Of a DNA stretch of 64,000 bases, positions 42,778 through 51,120 are shown one piece after another (positions within the stretch are counted from its first letter, which is position 1; every line of letters starts with the position of its first letter). The notes beneath the pieces are model-generated. The model ran no database searches. It saw only the letters and a list, made by a program, of their open reading frames with translations, and was not told the origin of the DNA. The DNA lies in NCBI GenBank assembly GCA_041687695.1, contig JAWLBL010000006.1:32001-96000 (forward strand), read 5' to 3'. The position numbers and the translations under genes are program-made. The DNA comes from Myxococcota bacterium. Lineage in GTDB: Bacteria; Myxococcota_A; UBA9042; PHBI01; JAWLBL01.

Positions 42778-42782
42778 CGGGA

Positions 42783-43073
42783 GAGGCGCGGTAGCCTCCG
42801 CTTCGGCCGGCCTCAATGGCTTTGTCCCCCTTGGCCGGCCTGGTCGGCCGGCCAATTCCTCGCGGACGACAAAGCCATTGACCCCGGCCTACGCTGCGGC
42901 TGGGGGGCTGATATCGGCCCGGAAGGGGGCCTTCCGGGCCGCTTCGCGTCCCGGCGCGGGCACTGGCGGCGGGTGCTGGGGAGGGCGGCTGTTCGGGGCT
43001 TCCAGGGGGCCGGAGCGGTGCTTGGTCGCGTGGGCCTGGGGTGGGGTGTAGAATTAAACAACCGTGTGATTAG
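42783..43073. other. Conserved structured arm (copy 1 left); possible ncRNA or ssDNA hairpin
   Basis: Stems 42813-42826/42868-42881, TTGGCCGGCC/GGCCGGCCAA and CGGCCCGGAAGG/CCTTCCGGGCCG. Confidence 0.7.
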
Positions 43074-43338
43074 TCGTCCCGGGGCGGAAGCTGGCCGTCG
43101 TCCCGGGGCGGAAGGGCGCGGGTCGTCGTCCCGGGGCGCGAGCGCGCGGGTCGTCGTCCCGGGGCGGGAGCGCGCGGGTCGTCGTCCCGGGGCGCGAGCG
43201 CGCGGGTCGTCGTCCCGGGGCGGAAGCGCGCGGGCCGTCGTCCCGGGGCGGAAGGGCGCGGGTCGTCGTCCCGGGGCGCGAGCGCGCGGGTCGTCGTCCC
43301 GGGGCGGGAGCGCGCGGGTCGTCGTCCCGGGGCGGAGG
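43073..43338 (-). repeat. Array A: 10 units of the CTTCCGCCCCGGGACGACGAC-type motif, 28-bp period
   Basis: CCCGGGG cores at 43078, 43102, 43130, 43158, 43186, 43214, 43242, 43270, 43298, 43326. Confidence 0.95.
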
Positions 43339-44619
43339 TCACCCACGAGCTGCTCGCCCGGACTGAAGGTCGGCGCTTCCGTCCCGGGGCGGAACGGACC
43401 CGGCCCGCCGTTCGCCGATCTTCCGCGCGACGACGCGAGCCCCCAGCTCCTGGCGGGCGATGAGCAGGTTGTGGGCCTGACAGACGACCCGGATGTTGTC
43501 GACCGAGTGAGCGCCGCCCCTGGCGAAGGCCTCATCGTGGTGCAGCTCCAGCCGGCGCGTCTCGGTGCACCGCCCTCCCGGGCCCTCATAGGTGCACCGC
43601 AGCCCGTCCCGCTCGACCACGGCCCGCTTCACCTCGGCCGGGATGGCACGGCTGCGTTCCGTCACCTCGGCCACCGGCTCGCTCGCCGCGGCCTCGACCG
43701 ACTCGCCGGCCATGGCCAGCCTCTCGGTCGACTCATCGGCCATGGCCGCGCTCTCGACCGACTCTCCGGCCACGGCCACGCTCTCGGCCGACTCGCCGGC
43801 CACGGCCACGCTCTCGGCCGACTCGCCGGCCACGGCCACGCTCTCGGCCGGCTGGGGCGCCTTCACGACGACCTTCTTCACCCGCCGCTTGGCCCCGATC
43901 CCGAACCGCTGCTTCTTCTTCGCGGCCAGGAAGACGTCCAGGGCCATCTCCAACAAGGCCTCGTAGTCCCCGGACGCGACCTGATGGCCCGCCAGCGCCA
44001 TCGCCTCCTCGAGCTTGGCCGCTACCCGCGCGCCCACTGTCACCTGGACCCGGTACCGGGTCTCTGACAGCGGCTCGACCCGGTGCTTCGGCTTCGGCTG
44101 CTCCAGCGTCAGCTCGGCCACCTCCCGCGGTGCGCCCCGCTTCGCCGCCTCGACCCGCGCTCCGCCCCGGGACGGCGGCAACCGGAACACCCGCGCCGGC
44201 ACGTCCGGCCGCGGCGACCACTTGGCTACGAGCTCGGCCAGCTCGCGCTTGCTCTTCCCGGCCGCCTCGGCCAGCCGCTCGCCGGCGTCCTCGTCGCTCA
44301 GGTGAGGTCCGATGACCCGCACCCCGCTCAGGCTCAGCCGTCCGTCGGCCAACATGGCGCCCATCTCGGGCCACCGCCGCACCCACCCGACGGCCTTCAC
44401 ATAGTTGTAGGCCTTGTCCTCACCAAAGCCCCACCGCGTCCGGCACCACTCGAACAGCGACGGGCTGCCGTCCCGAAGGTGAAGCTCCCTGGCCTCGACC
44501 TCGGCCAGATGGACGACCAGGTTGGCCGTCGTCCGCCGCTCCAGATCCACCAGCTCACCGACCCGCCCCAGCAGCCCCTCGTCGGACAACTTCCCCAGCA
44601 ACTCCAAGCCCTTGCTCAT
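43339..44619 (-). CDS. HNH endonuclease with DUF222-like N-terminal region, 426 aa
   Basis: GGGAGG RBS. N-term LVVHLAEVEARELHL...SLFEWC; C-term RAIPAEVKRAVVERDG.RC....C...LELHH......GG....N....C..HN. Confidence 0.9.
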   Translation of the reverse strand: MSKGLELLGKLSDEGLLGRVGELVDLERRTTANLVVHLAEVEARELHLRDGSPSLFEWCRTRWGFGEDKAYNYVKAVGWVRRWPEMGAMLADGRLSLSGVRVIGPHLSDEDAGERLAEAAGKSKRELAELVAKWSPRPDVPARVFRLPPSRGGARVEAAKRGAPREVAELTLEQPKPKHRVEPLSETRYRVQVTVGARVAAKLEEAMALAGHQVASGDYEALLEMALDVFLAAKKKQRFGIGAKRRVKKVVVKAPQPAESVAVAGESAESVAVAGESAESVAVAGESVESAAMADESTERLAMAGESVEAAASEPVAEVTERSRAIPAEVKRAVVERDGLRCTYEGPGGRCTETRRLELHHDEAFARGGAHSVDNIRVVCQAHNLLIARQELGARVVARKIGERRAGSVPPRDGSADLQSGRAARG

Positions 44620-44646
44620 CCCGCAGCCCTCCCAATCGAGGCCTGC

Positions 44647-44655
44647 AGCATAGCA
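44647..44655 (-). promoter_or_regulatory. Putative extended -10 promoter TGcTATGCT of HNH copy 1
   Basis: Same position in both copies (TGtTATGCT at 61059-61067), ~27 nt before ATG. Confidence 0.5.
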
Positions 44656-44874
44656 CGGGGGTCCCAATCCCCTCGGAGCACCCCCTGGACGGCCGTTCAG
44701 GCCTCTCGGACGACCCGCGACGACCCTCACCCCTGATCAGCGCGTTGTGGAGCCTGGAAGAGGCCTCCCAGCCCCTCCACCTGGCCGACCGCGGACTTCC
44801 AAAATCGGGCCCCCAAAACCCGTCAACAACTATTCGCCGTCTCGACCCGTCCACATGTCGATTTCTCGTCCCGA

Positions 44875-45707
44875 CTTCCGCCCCGGGACGACGACCCGCC
44901 CCGGGACGACGACCGGCGCGCTTCCGCCCCGGGACGACGACCGGCGCGCTTCCGCCCCGGGACGACGACCGACTTCCGCCCGGGACGACGACCGACTTCC
45001 GCCCCGGGACGACGAGCGACTTCCGCCCCGGGACGACGAGCGACTTCCGCCCCGGGACGACGAGCGACTTCCGCCCCGGGACGACGAGCGACTTCCGCCC
45101 CGGGACGACGACCCGCGCTTCCGCCCCGGGACGACTGCTGGGTTCCGCCCCGGGACGACGACCGGCGCGCTTCCGCCCCGGGACGACGACCGGCGCGATT
45201 CCGCCCCGGGACGACGACCGGCGCGATTCCGCCCCGGGACGACGACCACCGCGCTTGCGCCCCGGGACGACGACCGACTTCCGCCCCGGGACGACGACCG
45301 GCAGGCTTCCGCCCCGGGATGACGACCGACTTCCGCCCCGGGACGACGACCGGCGCGCTTACGCCCCGGGACGACGACCCGCGCTTCCGCCCCGGGACGA
45401 CGACAGGCAGGCTTACGCCCCGGGACGACGACCCGCGATTCCGCCCCGGGACGACGACCCGCGATTCCGCCCCGGGACGACGACCGGCGCGCTTACGCCC
45501 CGGGACGACGACCCGCGCTTCCGCCCCGGGACGACGACCGGCAGGCTTCCGCCCCGGGACGACGACCGACTTCCGCCCCGGGACGACGACCGACTTCCGC
45601 CCCGGGACGACGACCGACTTCCGCCCCGGGACGACGAGCGACTTCCGCCCCGGGACGACGAGCGACTTCCGCCCCGGGACGACGAGCGACTTCCGCCCCG
45701 GGACGAC
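44875..45707 (+). repeat. Array B: 33 units of CTTCCGCCCCGGGACGACGAC with short reused linkers
   Basis: 33 CCCGGG cores counted between 44881 and about 45700. Periods mostly 24, 26 or 28 bp. Confidence 0.95.
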
Positions 45708-45990
45708 TAATTGCGCGGCCGTTTAATTACCAACCCCACCCCAGGCCCAATCGACCAAGCACGACCAGCCGCTGGAACTCCCGCACACCCGCCTCCCCCC
45801 AGCACCCGCCGCCAGTGCCCGCGTCGGGACGCGAAGCGGCCCGGAAGGCCCCCTTCCGGGCCGATATTGGCCCCCCAGCCGTCCGCTACGGCCGGGGTCA
45901 AGGGCTTTGTCGTCCGCGAGGAATTGGCCGGCCGCCAGGTCGGCCAAGGGGGACAAAGCCCTTGATGCCGGCCGTAGCGGAGGCTACCGC
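45708..45990. other. Conserved structured arm (copy 1 right), inverted relative to the left arm
   Basis: Stems 45882-45895/45968-45981 and 45898-45911/45952-45965; followed by a C-rich tract to about 46075. Confidence 0.7.
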
Positions 45991-46107
45991 ACCCCCACCC
46001 ACCCACCCCCAACCCCCCCACCCACCCCCAACCCCCATCCCCCAACCCCGCCCACCCCCCAACCCACCGTGGCCCCCAACCGCCACTTGCGATAGCCTCC
46101 CCCCGCC

Positions 46108-47364
46108 ATGAACAAGCTGCTCGTCGCCATCGTCGTCGCCATCGTCCTCGCCTTCGCGTCCGTGTTCACCCTCGGCGGGGCGATGGCAGACGTGTACTGG
46201 GTGGGCGAGCTGTTCTTGCGGGCGCTGAAGATGATCATCGTCCCGCTGGTGGTCTTCTCGATGGTCAGCGGCATCGCCGGGCTCGGGGACGTGCGCAAGC
46301 TGGGGCGGCTGGGCGGCCGGACGGTCCTGTATTACGCGACGACGACGCTGCTGGCCGTGGTGCTGGGCGCGGTCGTGGTCAACCTGATGCAGCCCGGCGT
46401 GGGGATGGTGACGACCGGGCTCGAGGTGCCCGAGCGGCTGGCCGCCAAGGAGGACATCGGCCTCCCCGAGATCCTGATGGGCTTTCTGAGCGACAACATC
46501 GTCGCGTCGGCGGCCGAGATGCAGATGCTGCCGCTCATCGTCTTCAGCCTGGTCTTCGGCGGGGTGCTGACCACCATCGGCGACAAGGGCAAGCCGGTCA
46601 TCGCCTTCTTCGAGGGCGGCAACGAGGCGATGATGAAGATCGTCCACCTCGTCATGTGGCTGGCGCCCGTCGGCATCTTCGGCCTGGTCGCCGGACGCTT
46701 CGGCGTCGCCATCGACCAACTGGGCATGGAAGGGTTCTGGAACGAGCTGTCGGCCGTCGGCTCGTACATGCTGACCGTGCTCATCGGCCTGGCCATCCAC
46801 TCGCTGCTCGTCCTGCCGCTCATCCTGTGGGTGACGACGCGGCGGAGCCCGCTCCTGTACGCCCGCGGCGTCGGCAAGGCCCTGCTCACCGCGTTCTCGA
46901 CCGCCAGCTCGGCCGCCACGCTGCCGCTCACCCTCGAGGGCGTCGTCGAGGAGAACCGCGTCGACCCGCGCTCGGCGCGCTTCGTCATCCCGCTCGGCGC
47001 CACCATCAACATGGACGGCACGGCCCTGTACGAGGCGGTCGCCGTCATCTTCATCGCGCAGGCCCTCGGCGTCGACCTCAGCATCGGCCAGCAGATCCTC
47101 ATCGTCCTGACCGCCGCCCTCGCCGCCATCGGCGCCGCCGGCATCCCCGAGGCCGGCCTCGTCACCATGGTCATCGTCCTCAACGCCGTCGGTCTGCCGC
47201 TCGAGGGCGCCGGCCTCATCCTCTCGGTCGACTGGCTGCTCGACCGCTTCCGCACCGCCGTCAACGTCTGGGGTGACGCCGTCGGCGCCGGTGTCGTCGA
47301 GCGCTACGTCGATGGTGACCAGCCCGAGCGCCCCGAGCTGTCGGCCGCGGTCGGCGGCCGCTGA
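46108..47364 (+). CDS. Dicarboxylate/amino acid:cation symporter (DAACS, GltP-like)
   Basis: LKMIIVPLV, AFSTASSAATLP, GATINMDGT, GAAGIP, DWLLDRFRTAVNVWGD. Confidence 0.95.
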   Translation: MNKLLVAIVVAIVLAFASVFTLGGAMADVYWVGELFLRALKMIIVPLVVFSMVSGIAGLGDVRKLGRLGGRTVLYYATTTLLAVVLGAVVVNLMQPGVGMVTTGLEVPERLAAKEDIGLPEILMGFLSDNIVASAAEMQMLPLIVFSLVFGGVLTTIGDKGKPVIAFFEGGNEAMMKIVHLVMWLAPVGIFGLVAGRFGVAIDQLGMEGFWNELSAVGSYMLTVLIGLAIHSLLVLPLILWVTTRRSPLLYARGVGKALLTAFSTASSAATLPLTLEGVVEENRVDPRSARFVIPLGATINMDGTALYEAVAVIFIAQALGVDLSIGQQILIVLTAALAAIGAAGIPEAGLVTMVIVLNAVGLPLEGAGLILSVDWLLDRFRTAVNVWGDAVGAGVVERYVDGDQPERPELSAAVGGR

Positions 47365-47414
47365 CGCCCGCGCCAGGCCTTCGCCGGCCCGCCCCGGGTG
47401 TCTAGGGTCTCGGG

Positions 47415-49577
47415 GTGCCCCCCGAACCCCCCGAGATCCTTCAGCCCGGCCGCAACGTCTGGCGCCGCGCGCGCGCCGGTCGCCTCGCCTGGCTCATCGA
47501 CGCCGCCCCCTACGCGCGCGCCTTCCTCGAGGCCGCCGAGCAGGCGGACGAGGCCCTGTACATCCTTGGCTGGGACCTCGAGAGCCGCCTCGCGCTGGTC
47601 CGCGACGACGACGACCCGCGCGCGGGGCTGACCCTGCGCGACCTCCTCGAGGACCTGGTCCGGCGCAAGCCTCGCCTGCACGTCCACCTGCTGGTTTGGG
47701 ACTACGCCGCCGTCTACGCCCCCGACCGCGAGGTGCTGCAGCGCCTGCGGCTGGACTGGAGCACCCACGCGCGCATCCACTACCACCTGGACGATCACCA
47801 CCCGACGGGCGCCTCGCACCACCAGAAGGTCGTGGTGTTCGACGACGTGCTGGCCTTCGCCGGTGGCATCGACCTGTCCAAGGAGCGCTGGGACACCCCG
47901 GCGCACGAGCCCGACGATCCGCGCCGCCGCGACCTCGACGGCCAGCCGTATCCGCCGTTCCACGACGTCAGCGTGGCCGTGGACGGCGCCGCGGCGCGGG
48001 CGCTGGGCGCGCTGGCCCGTGAGCGCTGGCGGCTGGCGACCGGCCAGGTGGTGTCCCCGCCGACCGCGCGCGCGCACGACCTGTGGCCTGAGAGCGTCCG
48101 GCCGGACCTGACCGACGTCGAAGTCGGTGTGGCCCGCACGCTGCCCGCGTGCGGCGAGCAAGAGGCGGTCGCCGAGATCGAGCAGCTGCACCTCGACGCC
48201 ATCGCGGCCGCGCGCCACGCCATCTATCTCGAGAACCAGTTCCTCAGCTCCGAGCGCATCGCCGAGGCCCTCGTGCGGCGCCTGGAGGAGCCCGATGGCC
48301 CGCAGGTCCTGGTCGTCACCGCCCGCGACCTCGAGGGCTGGCTCGAGCAGCTCACCGAGCGCGTGGCCCGCCACCGGGTCACGTCGCGGCTGCGCGAGGC
48401 GGCCGCCGAGGGGCGCCTGCGCATCGTCACGCCGGTCCGGCGCCTCTCGGACGGGCTCCCGGTCAAGATCCACAGCAAGGTCAGCGTCATCGACGACCAG
48501 CTCGCCCAGGTGGGCTCGGCCAACCTGACCAACCGCTCGCTGGGCCTCGACACCGAGTGCGACCTGGTCATCGAGGCCCGCGGCGACCCGCGGGTGGCGC
48601 GCGCCGTGCGCGGGCTGCGCGACCGGCTCGTCGCCGAGCACCTGGGCGTGGCTCCCGACGACGTGGCGCAGGCCATCGACGCCGAGGGGGCGCTGCTGGG
48701 GGGCGTCGCGCGCTGCGAGCAGCGGCCCGAGGCGCGGCCCTTCGCGCCGCTCGCGGACGAGGTCTCTCCGTGGCTCGACGCCCTGCTCCCCGGGACCGAG
48801 CTCATCGACCCTGGCGCGCCGCTGACGCCTCGCCGCATCGTGCAACAGGTCGCGCCGCCCATGACCGGACAGGAGCCCAGCAGGATGAGTCGCAAGGCGA
48901 TCTGGTGGACCCTGGGGGTCGCGGCGTTCCTGGCCCTGGCCGCCGCCTGGCGTCTGACGCCGCTCGCCGAATGGCTCGAGCCGACGCGCCTCGCCGCGCA
49001 GATCGACGCGCTGGACGCGTCCGCCTGGGCGCCGCTCGTCGTCCTGGGCGCCTACGTCGTCAGCGGTCTGTTGTTCATCCCGCTGACGCTGCTCATCGTC
49101 GCGACGGCCATCGCCTTCGACCTGCTGCCCAGCGTGGCCCTGGCCATGGCCGGCAGCCTGCTCAGCGGCCTGGCCAGCTACGCCGTCGGTCGCGGCGTCG
49201 GCGCCGAGGCCGTCGCCCGCGTGACGCATCCCAGGGTGCGCGAGGTCGCGCGCTGGGTCGGCGCCCGCGGCACCCTGGCCGTCGCCCTGGTCCGCGTCCT
49301 GCCCATCGCGCCCTTCGCGGTCGTCAACCTGGTCGCCGGCGCCACCCGAGTGCGCGTGCTGCCCTTCGTGGTCGGCTCGTTCATCGGCCTCGTCCCGGGC
49401 ATCCTGGCGGTCAACGTGTTCGAGGCCTCGCTCGAGGCCATCGTCGCCGACCCCAACCCGCTCGCCGTGGCCGTGGCCGTGCTGGTCGTCGTCCTGGTCC
49501 TGCTGGGCCTGCGCGCGCTGCGTCGCGCCCTGAGCGCCCACGGCCCCGGCCGCGAGGGGCTGGGGGACCATGGCTGA
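47415..49577 (+). CDS. Phospholipase D family protein fused to a VTT (DedA/SNARE-associated) domain
   Basis: Two HKD motifs (HHQKVVVFD, IHSKVSVID...GSAN). C-terminal TM region with RVLPIAPFAVVN. Confidence 0.9.
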   Translation: MPPEPPEILQPGRNVWRRARAGRLAWLIDAAPYARAFLEAAEQADEALYILGWDLESRLALVRDDDDPRAGLTLRDLLEDLVRRKPRLHVHLLVWDYAAVYAPDREVLQRLRLDWSTHARIHYHLDDHHPTGASHHQKVVVFDDVLAFAGGIDLSKERWDTPAHEPDDPRRRDLDGQPYPPFHDVSVAVDGAAARALGALARERWRLATGQVVSPPTARAHDLWPESVRPDLTDVEVGVARTLPACGEQEAVAEIEQLHLDAIAAARHAIYLENQFLSSERIAEALVRRLEEPDGPQVLVVTARDLEGWLEQLTERVARHRVTSRLREAAAEGRLRIVTPVRRLSDGLPVKIHSKVSVIDDQLAQVGSANLTNRSLGLDTECDLVIEARGDPRVARAVRGLRDRLVAEHLGVAPDDVAQAIDAEGALLGGVARCEQRPEARPFAPLADEVSPWLDALLPGTELIDPGAPLTPRRIVQQVAPPMTGQEPSRMSRKAIWWTLGVAAFLALAAAWRLTPLAEWLEPTRLAAQIDALDASAWAPLVVLGAYVVSGLLFIPLTLLIVATAIAFDLLPSVALAMAGSLLSGLASYAVGRGVGAEAVARVTHPRVREVARWVGARGTLAVALVRVLPIAPFAVVNLVAGATRVRVLPFVVGSFIGLVPGILAVNVFEASLEAIVADPNPLAVAVAVLVVVLVLLGLRALRRALSAHGPGREGLGDHG

Positions 49578-50295
49578 GGCGGCCCGGGCGCGGCGCGCGC
49601 TGCGCGTGGCCACCTGGAACGTCCACGGGTGCGTCGGCGCGGGCGACGTCGCGCCCGACCCGGAGCGCGTCGCGCAGGTCGTGCGCGCGCTGGACGCCGA
49701 TCTGGTCGGGCTGCAGGAGGTCAGCTGCTGCCGCCTGGGGCCCGGCGGCGAGTCGCACCTGGCCCACGTCGCGCGCGTCGCCGGCCTGCGGGCCCTGCGC
49801 GGGACCACGCGCCACAGCCTGGGGCTGCACTGCGGCAACGCGCTGCTGGTCCGGCCCGAGGCGCGTGTCGAGGGCGTCGCCGTGCACGACCTGAGCGTCG
49901 CCCGGCGAGAGCCGCGCGGGCTGCTCGAGGCGGTGGTCGCGACCGCGGCGGGACCGCTGCGCGCCTGGGTCACCCACCTGGGGCTGGCCGCGCCGGAGCG
50001 CTGCGACCAGGTCGCGCGGCTGCTGGCCCACTTGCCGGCCGACGATGAGCCGTTGGTGGTCCTGGGCGACCTCAACGAGTGGTGGCCGTTCGGGACCTGC
50101 GCGCGGCGGCTGACGGCCGCCCTGGGCCGCTCGGCGCGGCTGCGCACCTTCCCGGCGCGCCTGCCGGTGCTGGCGCTGGACCGGGTGTTCGCGCTGGGCG
50201 GGGCGCGGGTCGTCGAGGCGCGCGTGCACCGCAGCCGCGAGGCGCGGCGCGCCTCGGATCACCTGCCCGTGGTCGCCACGGTGAGGCTGGACTGA
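49570..50295 (+). CDS. Endonuclease/exonuclease/phosphatase family protein
   Basis: ATWNVH, LQEV, THLGL, GDLNEW, LDRVF, ASDHLP. Confidence 0.92.
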   Translation: MAEAARARRALRVATWNVHGCVGAGDVAPDPERVAQVVRALDADLVGLQEVSCCRLGPGGESHLAHVARVAGLRALRGTTRHSLGLHCGNALLVRPEARVEGVAVHDLSVARREPRGLLEAVVATAAGPLRAWVTHLGLAAPERCDQVARLLAHLPADDEPLVVLGDLNEWWPFGTCARRLTAALGRSARLRTFPARLPVLALDRVFALGGARVVEARVHRSREARRASDHLPVVATVRLD

Positions 50296-50299
50296 GGCC

Positions 50300-50959
50300 T
50301 CAGCTGCGGACGGCGGCGATCGCCTCGGGGACGCCCAGCGGCTTGGGCTCGAGCTTGACGACCAGCAGGCCGTCGCCGTTGCCGCCCTGGGTCGCGACCT
50401 CTCGCACGCCCAGGACCGGCGAGACGGTGCGGACGACCTTGAGGAAGCGCGGGTTGGCCGCCAGCTTCGGCGCCTTCATCAGGTCGACCACGATGAGGTC
50501 GTCCTTGGCCGAGGCGATGACGGCGGGCTTCTTGCCCATGAAGTTCAGCAGATTCGCGGGCTTCTTCAGGTCGATGGCGCCCGACTTGAGCAGCTTGCCC
50601 AGGTTGCTGTTGGGCTGCGAGGGCGTGTCGGCCCGCACGTCGGACAGCCGCAGCGACACGCGCACCTCGTCGGCCGACAGCCGCACCTCTTCGATGCGCA
50701 CGGTCGCCTCGAGCTCGAGCTTGGTCCCCATCAGATCCAGGACGGTCTCGACGCGCAGCCCCGGCGGACGCGCGGACAGGCGCAAGCGCTCGGGCCGCTT
50801 GTTCGTGGGCACGACGTTGTCGACCAGCCAGCCGAGCGCGTCCACGGGGACGGACAGGCCGAACCGCGACGCGTTCTTGGCCATTCGGACGAGCACGGTC
50901 GGGTGGCGAAGCAGCCACGTGGCCGAGGACTGGACGGCGTTCTTCAAGGGGATGCGCAT
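50300..50959 (-). CDS. Hypothetical protein
   Basis: Clean ORF with typical codon usage; no motif recognised. Confidence 0.7.
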   Translation of the reverse strand: MRIPLKNAVQSSATWLLRHPTVLVRMAKNASRFGLSVPVDALGWLVDNVVPTNKRPERLRLSARPPGLRVETVLDLMGTKLELEATVRIEEVRLSADEVRVSLRLSDVRADTPSQPNSNLGKLLKSGAIDLKKPANLLNFMGKKPAVIASAKDDLIVVDLMKAPKLAANPRFLKVVRTVSPVLGVREVATQGGNGDGLLVVKLEPKPLGVPEAIAAVRS

Positions 50960-51120
50960 GGCCCGGAGCCTACACGACAGCCTTTCGGGCGGCCAAGCGG
51001 AAACCGGCTCGACCGTTGGCGCCTCCGTGCCTCCCGTTCAGGCTCTGGCGCCGAGCGGGAATCGGGCGCGCCCGCGCGGCGTTGGCGCGCCCCGACCCCC
51101 GCCTGCCGAAGGACGCCACG

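Larger units (their letters stand above)
42783..45990. mobile_element. Element copy 1: inverted structured arms + inverted repeat arrays + HNH gene
   Basis: Arms 42783-43073 and 45708-45990 are reverse complements; a second copy lies at 60281-62637. Mobility is inferred, not shown. Confidence 0.6.

Noticed and set aside
43073..43338. TIGR-Tas-type guide array
   Set aside because: Units are 24-29 bp with one short non-unique variable part, not ~36-nt units with two variable spacers. No Nop-domain protein is recognisable.
43339..44619. IscB/Cas9-like nuclease
   Set aside because: No PLMP N-terminus or split RuvC motifs are visible; the HNH domain is C-terminal and stands alone.
44875..45707. 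CRISPR array interpretation of arrays A-D
   Set aside because: Linkers are only ~3-7 nt and are reused many times, there are no unique 25-45 nt spacers, and no cas gene is in the window.
44745..45726. ORFs made of RLPPRDDD / FRPGTTT repeats (also 42813-43589, 60548-60884, 61653-62571)
   Set aside because: The repeat unit has no stop codon in any frame, so open frames are expected. They lack an RBS and overlap on both strands.
42680..46100. Classical IS or composite transposon with target-site duplication
   Set aside because: No DDE, HUH or serine/tyrosine recombinase gene. I found no convincing direct repeat at the outer ends of either copy.
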